DNA from: Candidatus Bathyarchaeota archaeon
GTDB lineage: Archaea > Thermoproteota > Bathyarchaeia > Bathyarchaeales > Bathycorpusculaceae
DNA: 64,000 nt
NCBI GenBank assembly: GCA_963702095.1
Contig: OY969706.1
Coordinates: 128,001-192,000, forward strand
Reading direction: 5' to 3'
Position 1 is the first letter of the stretch, and every line of letters begins with the position of its first letter. The notes beneath the pieces were generated by a model that was given only the letters and a program-made list of their open reading frames with translations, was not told the origin of the DNA and did not search any database. The translations under genes and the position numbers were made by a program. Shown here one piece after another: positions 48,014 through 57,053 of the stretch.

Positions 48014-49289
48014 CTGAGTTCTTGGGACATTGTTTCCGTTTATCGCGAAGTATTTTTGCCGCCAACACGGCTACAGCTACAGCTAATATGAAAACCAAAG
48101 GCACAAGAAACCATGGAACAACCGCCGAATCCGCTGGCGTTGACGGATTGCCAAATGCGTACAATCCGCTCCTTGTAACCACATAAACCATGCCATCAGC
48201 GACAACAGGGTAAGATTGTATCCAAGTATCATGGCTGTTGGGGATAATGTACTCCCAAATTATGTTACCCGTCGAAATGTCGAGGGCAAACAGTTTTTCG
48301 TCGATACTATACATACCCTCTTGTCCGTTGTCGACGTTTCCATACAAGTAAACGGTGTTATCGGCTGCAACTGGCGAATATATTTCACCGCTAAATTCGC
48401 TGTCAGTGTTGTTCCATAGTAATATGCCTGTTGATGAGTCAACTGCGGTGGTTCCAAGCACTAGGTATTGACCGACAATTACTGGGCTTCCTTTACCGAC
48501 GAACCCTCCAGCCATGGTACGCCAAAGCTCAGTTCCATTAAAGGCATCTAAACAAACAGTGTATTGCGCGTTTACGTAGACCCGTCCGTCAGCCACAGCT
48601 AAGCGACCAAGTGAAGAGTCAAGTCTATAGTACCAAACTTGCTTTCCGGTATAAGCGTTCAAAGCATAAATACCATCGTTTGAGGTGCCATACACACTTA
48701 GAAAAAGCAGCCCATCAGCAAAGGCAGGCGAGTTTTCAGTCCATAAGTCATCATTAACCCACAATAAGCTTCCCGACGAAGCGTTTACAGCGAAAACCTC
48801 AGTATGTGATCCCAAAAATACTGCTCCGTCAACAACTATCGGAGAAGTAGCCCCCTGCTTAGCGTAAATGAACATAAGCGACCCTGTAGAAGTGTTATAA
48901 GCAGCACTTGTAGTGTAAACGTACATTCCATCCACGGCAACTCCTATGTAATCATTAGGATTTGCTAGTTTACTCTGCCAAATTTCAGTACCGTTTGAGG
49001 CGTTAAAGCAAAAAAGATAATCGCCGTTAACAATGTAGAGTTTCCCGTCTCGGATAACTGGGGCGCATGCCAAATTAAAAATATCTTCGGAAATCCATAC
49101 GGGGGTAGCAGCGGAGGCAGGTACTGAACTATTTGAGTAACTTGTTCGGGCAGCATCATGCCCAAACATTGACCAATCATCCGTTGGCGAGGTAGCTTTC
49201 ACAGTTGGTTGTTGAGGAAGAGCACCTAAAGTCACAACAATAAGAAGCAGCAGCCCAATCAATGACTTGTTAATTTTAGCCACCAGCAC
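48003..49289 (-). CDS. Secreted PQQ-like beta-propeller protein with C-terminal TM anchor
   Basis: Signal peptide, W.MF.HD..RT, propeller repeats, TM + KRK. Confidence 0.85.
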   Translation of the reverse strand: MLVAKINKSLIGLLLLIVVTLGALPQQPTVKATSPTDDWSMFGHDAARTSYSNSSVPASAATPVWISEDIFNLACAPVIRDGKLYIVNGDYLFCFNASNGTEIWQSKLANPNDYIGVAVDGMYVYTTSAAYNTSTGSLMFIYAKQGATSPIVVDGAVFLGSHTEVFAVNASSGSLLWVNDDLWTENSPAFADGLLFLSVYGTSNDGIYALNAYTGKQVWYYRLDSSLGRLAVADGRVYVNAQYTVCLDAFNGTELWRTMAGGFVGKGSPVIVGQYLVLGTTAVDSSTGILLWNNTDSEFSGEIYSPVAADNTVYLYGNVDNGQEGMYSIDEKLFALDISTGNIIWEYIIPNSHDTWIQSYPVVADGMVYVVTRSGLYAFGNPSTPADSAVVPWFLVPLVFILAVAVAVLAAKILRDKRKQCPKNSVNK

Positions 49290-49333
49290 CCAACCAACAA
49301 GGCGCTCAAAGACCCTTAAATCTATTTGGAAGA

Positions 49334-50106
49334 CTAAGCGCTGATTTTTGGTGGTGGACGCACCCGCTTCTTGCCCAACTTCACCCTTAGTGCTATGCGG
49401 TAGAGTTTGCGCAGTGACTTAACAAGTTGCTCCACAGTGGGCACTGTCGAGTAAATCAGCGGTATCTGCTCGTACTCGGCTATGCGCAGGGTTTCTTCAT
49501 CAGGCACAGTTTTGTGGAAGACGATCACGCGGGGTTTTAGGCTGCTAACGCGGACAATCATCATGGGCAAGCATCCTGACTCGACATTGGTGAAAACCAC
49601 TGCCCGCTCAGTCGAGGCGCCGAAAAGCTGCGCGTAATCCGAGCCAGAGTAAGCTTCAACGGCTCTGCGGCTATCGATAACCGTGTAACCCGTGACTTCT
49701 TTGACGTATTTTTCTTTGCAAGCTACCACTTCGCCGCCGATGGCTTTGCAGAGGTACTCCACGCGGACGGGAATGGGGAATTCACGGAGATCCACGACTG
49801 CCATGCTGGGGCTGCTGGTGAGTTTAGCGAATTCACGGATGAAGCGGCTGCCTTTTGTCTCGTCAATATGTATGAGTGAGAGGACGAATCGGCGGGTGAA
49901 TTTGGCTCCGGGGCTTTGGCGTCTGCCGCTTTCGTAGTCGCTGATTACTGAGGAGGAGACACGCATGGTTTCGCTTAGGCTCGTCTGCGAGACGGCGAAG
50001 AGTTCACGCCACTTCCGCACTGCGCTGCGCCTGGCTTGCTTGAAAGGATGATTTCTCCGGCGATTCTTCTGGCTAAAATTTCACGTAGACCCGGCGACAC
50101 AGACAT
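49334..50106 (-). CDS. XRE-HTH regulator (COG1709-like) with DRTGG-like domain; frameshift near 50030
   Basis: RRIAGEIILS..PG / RKWRELF.VSQ..L...SSSVISDYESGRR.SPG. Confidence 0.8.
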
Positions 50107-50169
50107 GGATCATTCTTCCTGCTTGCATCTTCCACCTTCAAGACAGAGGTATAAAACTGTACCGTTTTT

Positions 50170-51070
50170 TTAAACTAGGAAGAGCAACACGATGCCAGCC
50201 ACGATTGCGGCTGCTCCAACAATGGTTTTTACGGTTGCTTTTTCTTGGAAAAGCAAGAAACCAGCGAACGTGGCAAACAGCGGCGAAGTCGAAGAAATCG
50301 GTATTACATAGGATTCTGGTGAAGTCTGGAAACTGTAATTCATCAGTAGCCAGCCTAAGCCGTTGGCAATTAACCCGCCAACGCACAGTAAGATTACTCC
50401 GCGACGGGAAATCTTGAGAAACCCCCTATCCCTATCGATGAGCGGCGCTAAAACCAGCAGAATCAGCGCCATAGCGGCAATACGCACAGTGACGATGGCA
50501 TAGCTGGCGCCTAAACCAGCAACCGCTGAGTAAGTTATGGCATAATCCATCATGGTTATGCCTATCGACCACACAAGCGCCGTACCCAAACACATGGCGA
50601 CGCCGACCCCAAGCTACCCTGCCCCTAACTGTTGGTTCCTGGGGGATTTTTTGGCTGCTCAAAAGCCAGATGCCGACCAATATCACTGCGGCTCCAACTA
50701 CCGCAGCAGCCGACAGGGGCTGCCCCCGCAGTAGAACTGCCCAAACCAGACTGAACAGCGGGTAAGATGCGGCTAAGGGTACGGCTCTTGAGACTCCGAT
50801 GGATTTTAACCCAAACATGTAGAGTGTGTCGCCGACGCCAAGCCCCAAGACGCCGCTGACTATAACAACCACCAGTACCCAAATGGGCAGAGCAGCTAAA
50901 ACCCCAACCAACCCTACACCCACCAGTATCACAATCAGCACAGCGGCGTTGGTTGCGCATCGCGTGATGTTTGCGGAGATTGGCTTGGTGTTTGTGAGTG
51001 CTTTGCGGTAGAGTATGGGTGCAATTGCCCAGCATAATGCTGTGCCGAGTGCAGCGAGTTCGCCAATCAT
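50170..51070 (-). CDS. EamA/DMT family transporter; frameshift near 50605
   Basis: Two EamA repeats split across two ORFs. Confidence 0.8.
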
Positions 51071-51205
51071 CCATCTTTGACCGAGAGTCCCTTTACTGAA
51101 ATCTTGTTTATAAGGAAGTTTTGCGTACTTAACACTAACGTTCGCCGTCAAAAGGACAGCTGAACGTTAAGCATCGCAAACAACAGAAAAAAGGAGTGAA
51201 TATAC

Positions 51206-51496
51206 ATGTCTGAAAAAGCTAGTGACGTAATATTTGTTGGAAACAAACCCCCAATGAGCTATGTGCTCGCTATCATAACCGCATTCTCAAGTGGTACCCA
51301 AAAAGAAATAACCCTAAAAGCCCGAGGTCAAGCAATCACTACCGCAGTTGACGTAGCCGAAATTACCAGAAGCCGCTTCATAAAAGACCTTAAAGTCACC
51401 AAAATCGCAATCGGTACCGCAGAGATGCCGCCACGAGAGGGCGAAAACAGGTCCAGAATGGTTTCCACGATAGAAGTTACTCTAACGAAAGCGTAA
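51206..51496 (+). CDS. albA: DNA/RNA-binding protein Alba
   Basis: IFVGNKPPMSYVLA...LKARGQAITTAVDVAE...VSTIEV. Confidence 0.95.
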   Translation: MSEKASDVIFVGNKPPMSYVLAIITAFSSGTQKEITLKARGQAITTAVDVAEITRSRFIKDLKVTKIAIGTAEMPPREGENRSRMVSTIEVTLTKA

Positions 51497-51520
51497 CCAC
51501 GACGGACAAATAAAAGAGTT

Positions 51521-52399
51521 TTAGCTCCCCAACCCTTTTTTGCCATCTTCAAACTTTTGCACTTTATCAACGATGTCCATGAACGCTTTTGAGGCAGCCG
51601 AATCCTTCTGTGCATACACAAACGGCGTACCCTTATCAGAGTCCACGCCTACTTGGGGGTCGATTGGGATGCTGCCTAAAAAGGTGACACCGGCTTCTTT
51701 AGCCATCTTTTCGCCTCCACCAGAACCGAAAATCTCGGTTTTTTTGCCACAGTGGGGGCAGACAAAGCCGCTCATGTTTTCGATTACGCCGATGGTTGGC
51801 ATGTTTAGTCGCTCAGCGAACGTGATGGCTTTTTTTACTATGCCGCTTGAGAGTTGGGTGGGCATGGTGACGATGACTACTCCGTCCATTTCGGGCAGCA
51901 ACTGCGCCACACTTAGCGGCTCGTCGCCAGTGCCCGGAGGCAAATCGATGAAGAGGTAATCCAGTTCTCCCCAGACAACCTCGGATAAGAACTGTTTGAT
52001 AGCCCGCATTTTTAGGGGTCCACGCCAAATCGTCGGCGCCCCCTCAGACAAAAAGAAGTCGATGGACATAACTTTTAGCCCCAAAAGACCTTCGATGGGG
52101 AAAGCGCCGATTGGAGAAGCCTTCACATGCTTGCCCTCCAAACCTAAAAGTTTTGGTACGCTGGGACCATGAATATCTGCATCTAAAATCCCAACGCGTT
52201 TGCCCTCCATTGCAAAAGCAGTGGCAAGATTAACTGTTACGGTGCTTTTTCCGACGCCGCCTTTGCCGCTTATAACCGCAATTTTATGTTTGATTTTGCC
52301 CATGCGGTTTTTAAGTTCTTGATCTTCATGGACTTGCTGTTCCTTGTAAGCTTTAAGCTGAGCCATGTTTCGTTCGTATGCTGCTGACATAAAAAACAT
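51521..52399 (-). CDS. Mrp/NBP35 Fe-S cluster carrier ATPase
   Basis: SGKGGVGKST, DADIHGPS, DLPPGTGD, ENMS..CPHC. Confidence 0.93.
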   Translation of the reverse strand: MFFMSAAYERNMAQLKAYKEQQVHEDQELKNRMGKIKHKIAVISGKGGVGKSTVTVNLATAFAMEGKRVGILDADIHGPSVPKLLGLEGKHVKASPIGAFPIEGLLGLKVMSIDFFLSEGAPTIWRGPLKMRAIKQFLSEVVWGELDYLFIDLPPGTGDEPLSVAQLLPEMDGVVIVTMPTQLSSGIVKKAITFAERLNMPTIGVIENMSGFVCPHCGKKTEIFGSGGGEKMAKEAGVTFLGSIPIDPQVGVDSDKGTPFVYAQKDSAASKAFMDIVDKVQKFEDGKKGLGS

Positions 52400-52462
52400 T
52401 CCAACCTAAGGTATTGTGTAGGTTTGAATCTGTGGAGTATTAAAAAAGGTTATGGTAATCTG

Positions 52463-52948
52463 CTAGCCGAGTTTATAGCCGATTTTCCGTAGAAACGCCC
52501 GTCGCTCCGCAATGTCTTTGTCGCTTTCGACGCTTTTGCTTTTGTAGCCGTCTACGACTCCGATGATGCCTCTGCCCTGCTCCGTCTCTGCGATTAGCAC
52601 TTCAAGGGGGTTGGCGGTGGCGGCAAAAACCGTGCAGACCTCGGGCAACCGATTGATTTTGTCGAGCACGTTTAGGGGGTAAGCGTTTTTGAGGTAGATT
52701 ATGAAGCTGTGTCCGCAGCCAATTTCAAAGGCTTTCTGCGCCGCGAGTTGCCGCAGCTCTGGGTCGTTGCCTTCATGACGTACCAGACAGGGTCCGCTGC
52801 TTTCACAGAAGCCCAAACCAAACTTGACGCCGGGAACAGAGTTAACTAAGGCCTCGTAGAGGTCTTCAGCGGTTTTAATGAAGTGCGCCTGACCTAAGAT
52901 GATGTTGCAGTCTTTAGGCGGCTCAACTTTCACGGTTTTAAATTCCAA
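52463..52948 (-). CDS. Adenosine-specific kinase family (DUF355)
   Basis: [15 protein letters not shown]...FCESSG...ATANP. Confidence 0.88.
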   Translation of the reverse strand: MEFKTVKVEPPKDCNIILGQAHFIKTAEDLYEALVNSVPGVKFGLGFCESSGPCLVRHEGNDPELRQLAAQKAFEIGCGHSFIIYLKNAYPLNVLDKINRLPEVCTVFAATANPLEVLIAETEQGRGIIGVVDGYKSKSVESDKDIAERRAFLRKIGYKLG

Positions 52949-53105
52949 GGGTTAAACCTCAAAACACATTATTGCAATTTAGGGATATAACGTTTTAAAG
53001 CCGTTTTGTGGTTTATGATAAATCTTATATTTCCTTCCAACCGCATTAGAGAAGTGTGCAAAACCTATGTTTGCACCATAAACACTGAGAAGGAGTTGAA
53101 AGTGA

Positions 53106-53252
53106 GTGTCAGGAAAAGAAATGTTCAAGGCAACCTGTTCTGAATGCGGCAAAGAATGCGAAGTTCCATTCAAACCCGACCCGAGCAGGCCAATTTACTG
53201 CCGCGAATGCTGGGCAAAGAAGCGACCCGCTAGACCCAGAAACCGATACTAA
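53106..53252 (+). CDS. CxxC-x17-CxxC domain protein (48 aa; absent from ORF track)
   Basis: MFKATCSECGKECEVPFKPDPSRPIYCREC. Confidence 0.88.
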   Translation: MSGKEMFKATCSECGKECEVPFKPDPSRPIYCRECWAKKRPARPRNRY

Positions 53253-53364
53253 GCCCTACCGCTTAACAGTTTAAATCCAAGTTTACTCTATTTTTTATTT
53301 GCCTGAGCTGTTTTTTGTGGCAAAACCTAAATAACGTAGAGTTGCATCAGTTTTGGCTACGCAA

Positions 53365-53441
53365 GGGCCGGTAGTTCAGCTGGTATGAACGCTTGACTTG
53401 CACTCAAGAGGTCGGGGGTTCAAATCCCCCCCGGTCCACCA
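53365..53441 (+). tRNA. tRNA-Ala(TGC), CCA encoded
   Basis: GGGCCGG acceptor stem with G3:U70, CTTGA-CTTGCAC-TCAAG anticodon arm, GGTTCAAATCC. Confidence 0.93.
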
Positions 53442-53546
53442 GAATATCTCCAGAACATTTTAACGCATTCCGGCTTAACAGGAACGCTGATGAGCGAGGT
53501 CTCTGTCAATTAAAAAGGTGGCTCATGAGGATCAAATTTCTCTATT

Positions 53547-54308
53547 TTATAATTGACTGCTTGGCAAATGAGATTTTAGAGGGGCGAGGCAGTACATAGC
53601 CCAGCCCATATATTGACTTTGGAACTGTAAATAATCATCCTGGTCAGTACGGAAGTGTTTGAATACCTGTTCATGGTCAGGGTGGTTGGGGTTTTCTTCA
53701 AGCCAACGTATCAGTCCATACCAACTATCTGAAATGTACCTGTCCCAGTCATCGCGGCTGGAACGGATGATATATTCGAGTTCAAAGCCTTCGTTTCGGG
53801 CAAATTGAGCCAGTTCTGGTTCCGTGTGGGTAGTTGTCTGTTTTTGGGCATACTGCGGATGTACCTGATTGCTAAGCCAGTAGGTTTCACCGATGCCGAG
53901 GCGTCCATTCTGATGCAGGGCCCGCTTCATCGCTTGGATTGTCTGCTGGAAGCCGCCGAAAACAAAAGTTGACCCAATACATGTTGCGGCATCGAAAGCC
54001 CCCTCTTCGAACACGTAGTCAGCCCCGGGGGAGCATACGATTTCGATTTGGCTCGACAACCCTCTCTTGACCAGCTTATCCATTGCCCGGTCGCAGAAAT
54101 CCCTGGATATATCTATGCCAATACCGGTGATGCCGAATTCCTCAGCCCACAGAGTGAGAGGTTCGGCGCAACCACAACCGAAGTCGATAACTCGACTACC
54201 TTTTTTCAACTTGAGCAGTTTGCCCAGTTGGATGATTTTTTCAGGCGTAGACGGGTTGAGTATCTCCATATAGCGGTGTGAGATGCTCATAAGGTCAAAG
54301 AATTCCAT
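53547..54308 (-). CDS. Class I SAM-dependent methyltransferase
   Basis: VIDFGCG, GIDIS, FDAATCIG. Confidence 0.9.
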   Translation of the reverse strand: MEFFDLMSISHRYMEILNPSTPEKIIQLGKLLKLKKGSRVIDFGCGCAEPLTLWAEEFGITGIGIDISRDFCDRAMDKLVKRGLSSQIEIVCSPGADYVFEEGAFDAATCIGSTFVFGGFQQTIQAMKRALHQNGRLGIGETYWLSNQVHPQYAQKQTTTHTEPELAQFARNEGFELEYIIRSSRDDWDRYISDSWYGLIRWLEENPNHPDHEQVFKHFRTDQDDYLQFQSQYMGWAMYCLAPLKSHLPSSQL

Positions 54309-54607
54309 GATTCAAGCCTCCTTCAGGAAATGGTAACTTCATTATAATACCAGCCATTAATGACATTTAATCGTCCTCTATCTGATGAACTTAACCATAC
54401 GGTAATTGGCGATGAAGGATTATGCGGTAATAATAAAGTATTGGCGGCTGCTTTTTTGTTCCATTGCATTTCGCCTTTTAGTCATCTGCACAAAGAAAAG
54501 AGGTGCTTGCGAGTGAGACTTCGAGCTGTCCGGAGTACAAATCCCCCTGTTCCACTTCTCTTTGCTTTTAAACCAATTCCCTAAGTTCTACGCAGGCAAG
54601 TCGCTTT

Positions 54608-54895
54608 TAACATGCTTCCACATCCACACAGTTTGGATTTCAACATGGAGCCATGCAGGGTGTGTGGAGAAAAACGGATATGCCACACCGAAACAGACGC
54701 TGAAAAACAATGCTTCCACAAAACACAAACGCCTCCACAACCCATCTTGTGGTGCCCCACAAACCGCCACACCCACACAAAGAGAAAACGCATAGTTGCT
54801 TTCATAGGGGGTCGAGTCAGAGCAGTAGGCCTGAATTGTCTGGCACTACTTGTAGTTTGCTCCACAATCAGCCAGCAATCAGCAACAAACGTAGA
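54608..54895 (+). repeat. Dispersed repeat module A, copy 4, followed by the 5' part of module B
   Basis: AACATGCTTCCACA...GTGGTGCCCCACAAACCGCCACACCCACACAAAGAG, then CTTGTAGTTTGCTCCACAATCAGCCAGCAATC. Confidence 0.85.
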
Positions 54896-55102
54896 AGCAA
54901 AAAAGCAATCGCTCCCAAAGCCTCCGAGAAGATGATGAGTAAGGGCACCTCTGCCTTCATCTAACAATAGAAAAAAGCACTTAGTGTGCACTTAAGAGGT
55001 AGCGGTTCAAATCCCGCTTTCACTTGTCTATTGTTTCTTTTTCTTTTCTACGGTTGCACTTAATTATCGTTTACCGATTGGATGCCGTGCGCTAAAACTG
55101 CT

Positions 55103-55248
55103 CTACATATCTCTTCCGATTACTTGTATGTTATCAGTGCATGCGTCGATTAAGCAGCCGCATTCAGGGCAAACTCGTTGGTTGATACCTGCATCCATCA
55201 CAAATACAGGATCAATTAATTTATCGCAATTCTTACATCTCACTGACA
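55103..55248 (-). CDS. Small zinc-ribbon protein
   Basis: MSVRCKNC...VCPECG. Confidence 0.5.
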
Positions 55249-55355
55249 TTTGGTATCCCCTGATTAATAGAGGGCGGTAACTAAAAACCTCTCCTATAGC
55301 GTCTGCACTTGCACTCAAAAGCTCGATGGTTCAAAATCGCCCATGCCGCTTGCTT

Positions 55356-56909
55356 TTAGTCTTTTTTTGCGTATTTTTGGCGCAACTTGGTTTTTTCGAT
55401 TTTTCCCGTAGGATTGCGCGGTACCTTATCAAAAATGATCTTGCGTGGCCTCTTATACTTCGGTAGCTGACCCTCAATGAAAGCCATGATTTCTGCTTCA
55501 GTTAAGCACTCGCCGGGTTTCACGTCTATGATGGCGCCGATTACTTCTCCTAGACGCTCATCGGGGATACCGATTACACCTACGTCGTAGACTTTGGGGT
55601 GGTTATGGACGGCGTCTTCAACTTCGATTGGGTAAATGTTTTCGCCGCCGACGATGATGAGGTCTTTTTTGCGGTCCACCAAGTAAACATAGCCATCAGC
55701 GTCTACTCGCGCCATGTCACCCGTGTGCAGCCAGCCGTCAACGATGGTTTTCGCGGTTAACTCTGGATTCTTGTAGTATTCACGCATTACACCATCCCCC
55801 TTGACACACAATTCACCGACTACTCCAGAGGGAAGTTCATGGCTGTCGTCTGTATGTACGATTTTTAGTTGCCAGCCAAAGCCGACTTTACCTACCGCGC
55901 CAACCCGAAACGTATTTTCCACTCCCAAATGCACTGCACCGGGACCGGTGGCTTCACTGAGTCCATAGTTATTGTCATAAGCCATAGCTGGGAAGTATTC
56001 TCGCCAATGCTGCACAAGAGCTGGAGGCACAGGTTGAGCTCCAATGTGCATTAAACGCCAGGACTCCAAGCTGTAATCTTCCAGTTTTAATTCGCCTCTG
56101 TCGAGCGCCACCAAGATGTCATGGACCCAAGGGACAAGTAGCCAAACGATGGTTCCCCCCTCTTTGCTGACGGCGTCAAACACATTTCTGGGGCTGAACT
56201 CAGTTAAAACCGTGCCTTTTGCTCCCGATATGAGGCTGCCGAACCAATGCATCTTGGCACCCGTATGATACAACGGTGGCAGCAGTATGAAATTGTCGCT
56301 GTGGGTCTGGTGGTGGTGTTTTTGCTCGACTTCTGCTGCGAAACTCATGTTTTTATGGGTCAAAAGAACGGGTTTGGGGTCTCCTGTGGTGCCCGAGGTA
56401 AAGTATAAGCCGCATCCATCGTTGGGTGTCAACTTGATTAGGGGTGATTGGGTTTTAGCTGTTTTTAAAATTTCGTTAAAGCTTGTCATGCCCGCAGGAA
56501 GATTGGACCCCACACAGATGTACTCTGTAATGGTGGATGGTTTTACTTGCTGAACTGTTTTGAGGAAAAACTCTTCAAAAATAACCGCTTTAGCCGCAGC
56601 AATCTCGGTGCAGAATTTAAAATCCTGAGCGTTGAAACGGTAGTTGAGAGGTACCGCCCACGCCCCGGTTTTGATGATGCCGAAATAAGCTACTAGCCAG
56701 GGGATAGAGTTGCGCATCCAATGGATTACTTTGTCGTCTTTTTTTATGCCTTTTTGCAGGAGGTAGTTGGCTATTTGGTTGGCTTGGTCGTCGAACTCTT
56801 TCCATGTGGTTTGTTTGCGGATGTTCTGGCTGGGAGTAAGCTCAATTAACGCAACATCGTCTGGGTATTTTCGGGCATTTTCTTCAAGCATTTCCATTAT
56901 CGTAGGCAT
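55356..56909 (-). CDS. Class I adenylate-forming enzyme (acyl-CoA synthetase)
   Basis: YFTSGTTGDPK, YGLSE, LHTGD, DRKKD, NPTGK. Confidence 0.92.
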   Translation of the reverse strand: MPTIMEMLEENARKYPDDVALIELTPSQNIRKQTTWKEFDDQANQIANYLLQKGIKKDDKVIHWMRNSIPWLVAYFGIIKTGAWAVPLNYRFNAQDFKFCTEIAAAKAVIFEEFFLKTVQQVKPSTITEYICVGSNLPAGMTSFNEILKTAKTQSPLIKLTPNDGCGLYFTSGTTGDPKPVLLTHKNMSFAAEVEQKHHHQTHSDNFILLPPLYHTGAKMHWFGSLISGAKGTVLTEFSPRNVFDAVSKEGGTIVWLLVPWVHDILVALDRGELKLEDYSLESWRLMHIGAQPVPPALVQHWREYFPAMAYDNNYGLSEATGPGAVHLGVENTFRVGAVGKVGFGWQLKIVHTDDSHELPSGVVGELCVKGDGVMREYYKNPELTAKTIVDGWLHTGDMARVDADGYVYLVDRKKDLIIVGGENIYPIEVEDAVHNHPKVYDVGVIGIPDERLGEVIGAIIDVKPGECLTEAEIMAFIEGQLPKYKRPRKIIFDKVPRNPTGKIEKTKLRQKYAKKD

Positions 56910-57053
56910 GACACTTCAACTCCCTCTCTTTTCAACCTTGAAGACACTGTTAAGTTCTGGCTGTGTTTAGTCATGAAATACGCTAAGACTAATAGGTGAT
57001 TGAATGCTTAAAAGAATTACATCTCAGCTAAAAATAAAAAAGGAAAAGGCTGG

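Noticed and set aside
53441-54360. Integrated element at tRNA-Ala (also checked tRNA-Gly and tRNA-Arg)
   Set aside because: I saw no integrase and no duplicated tRNA 3' end (att site) in the window.
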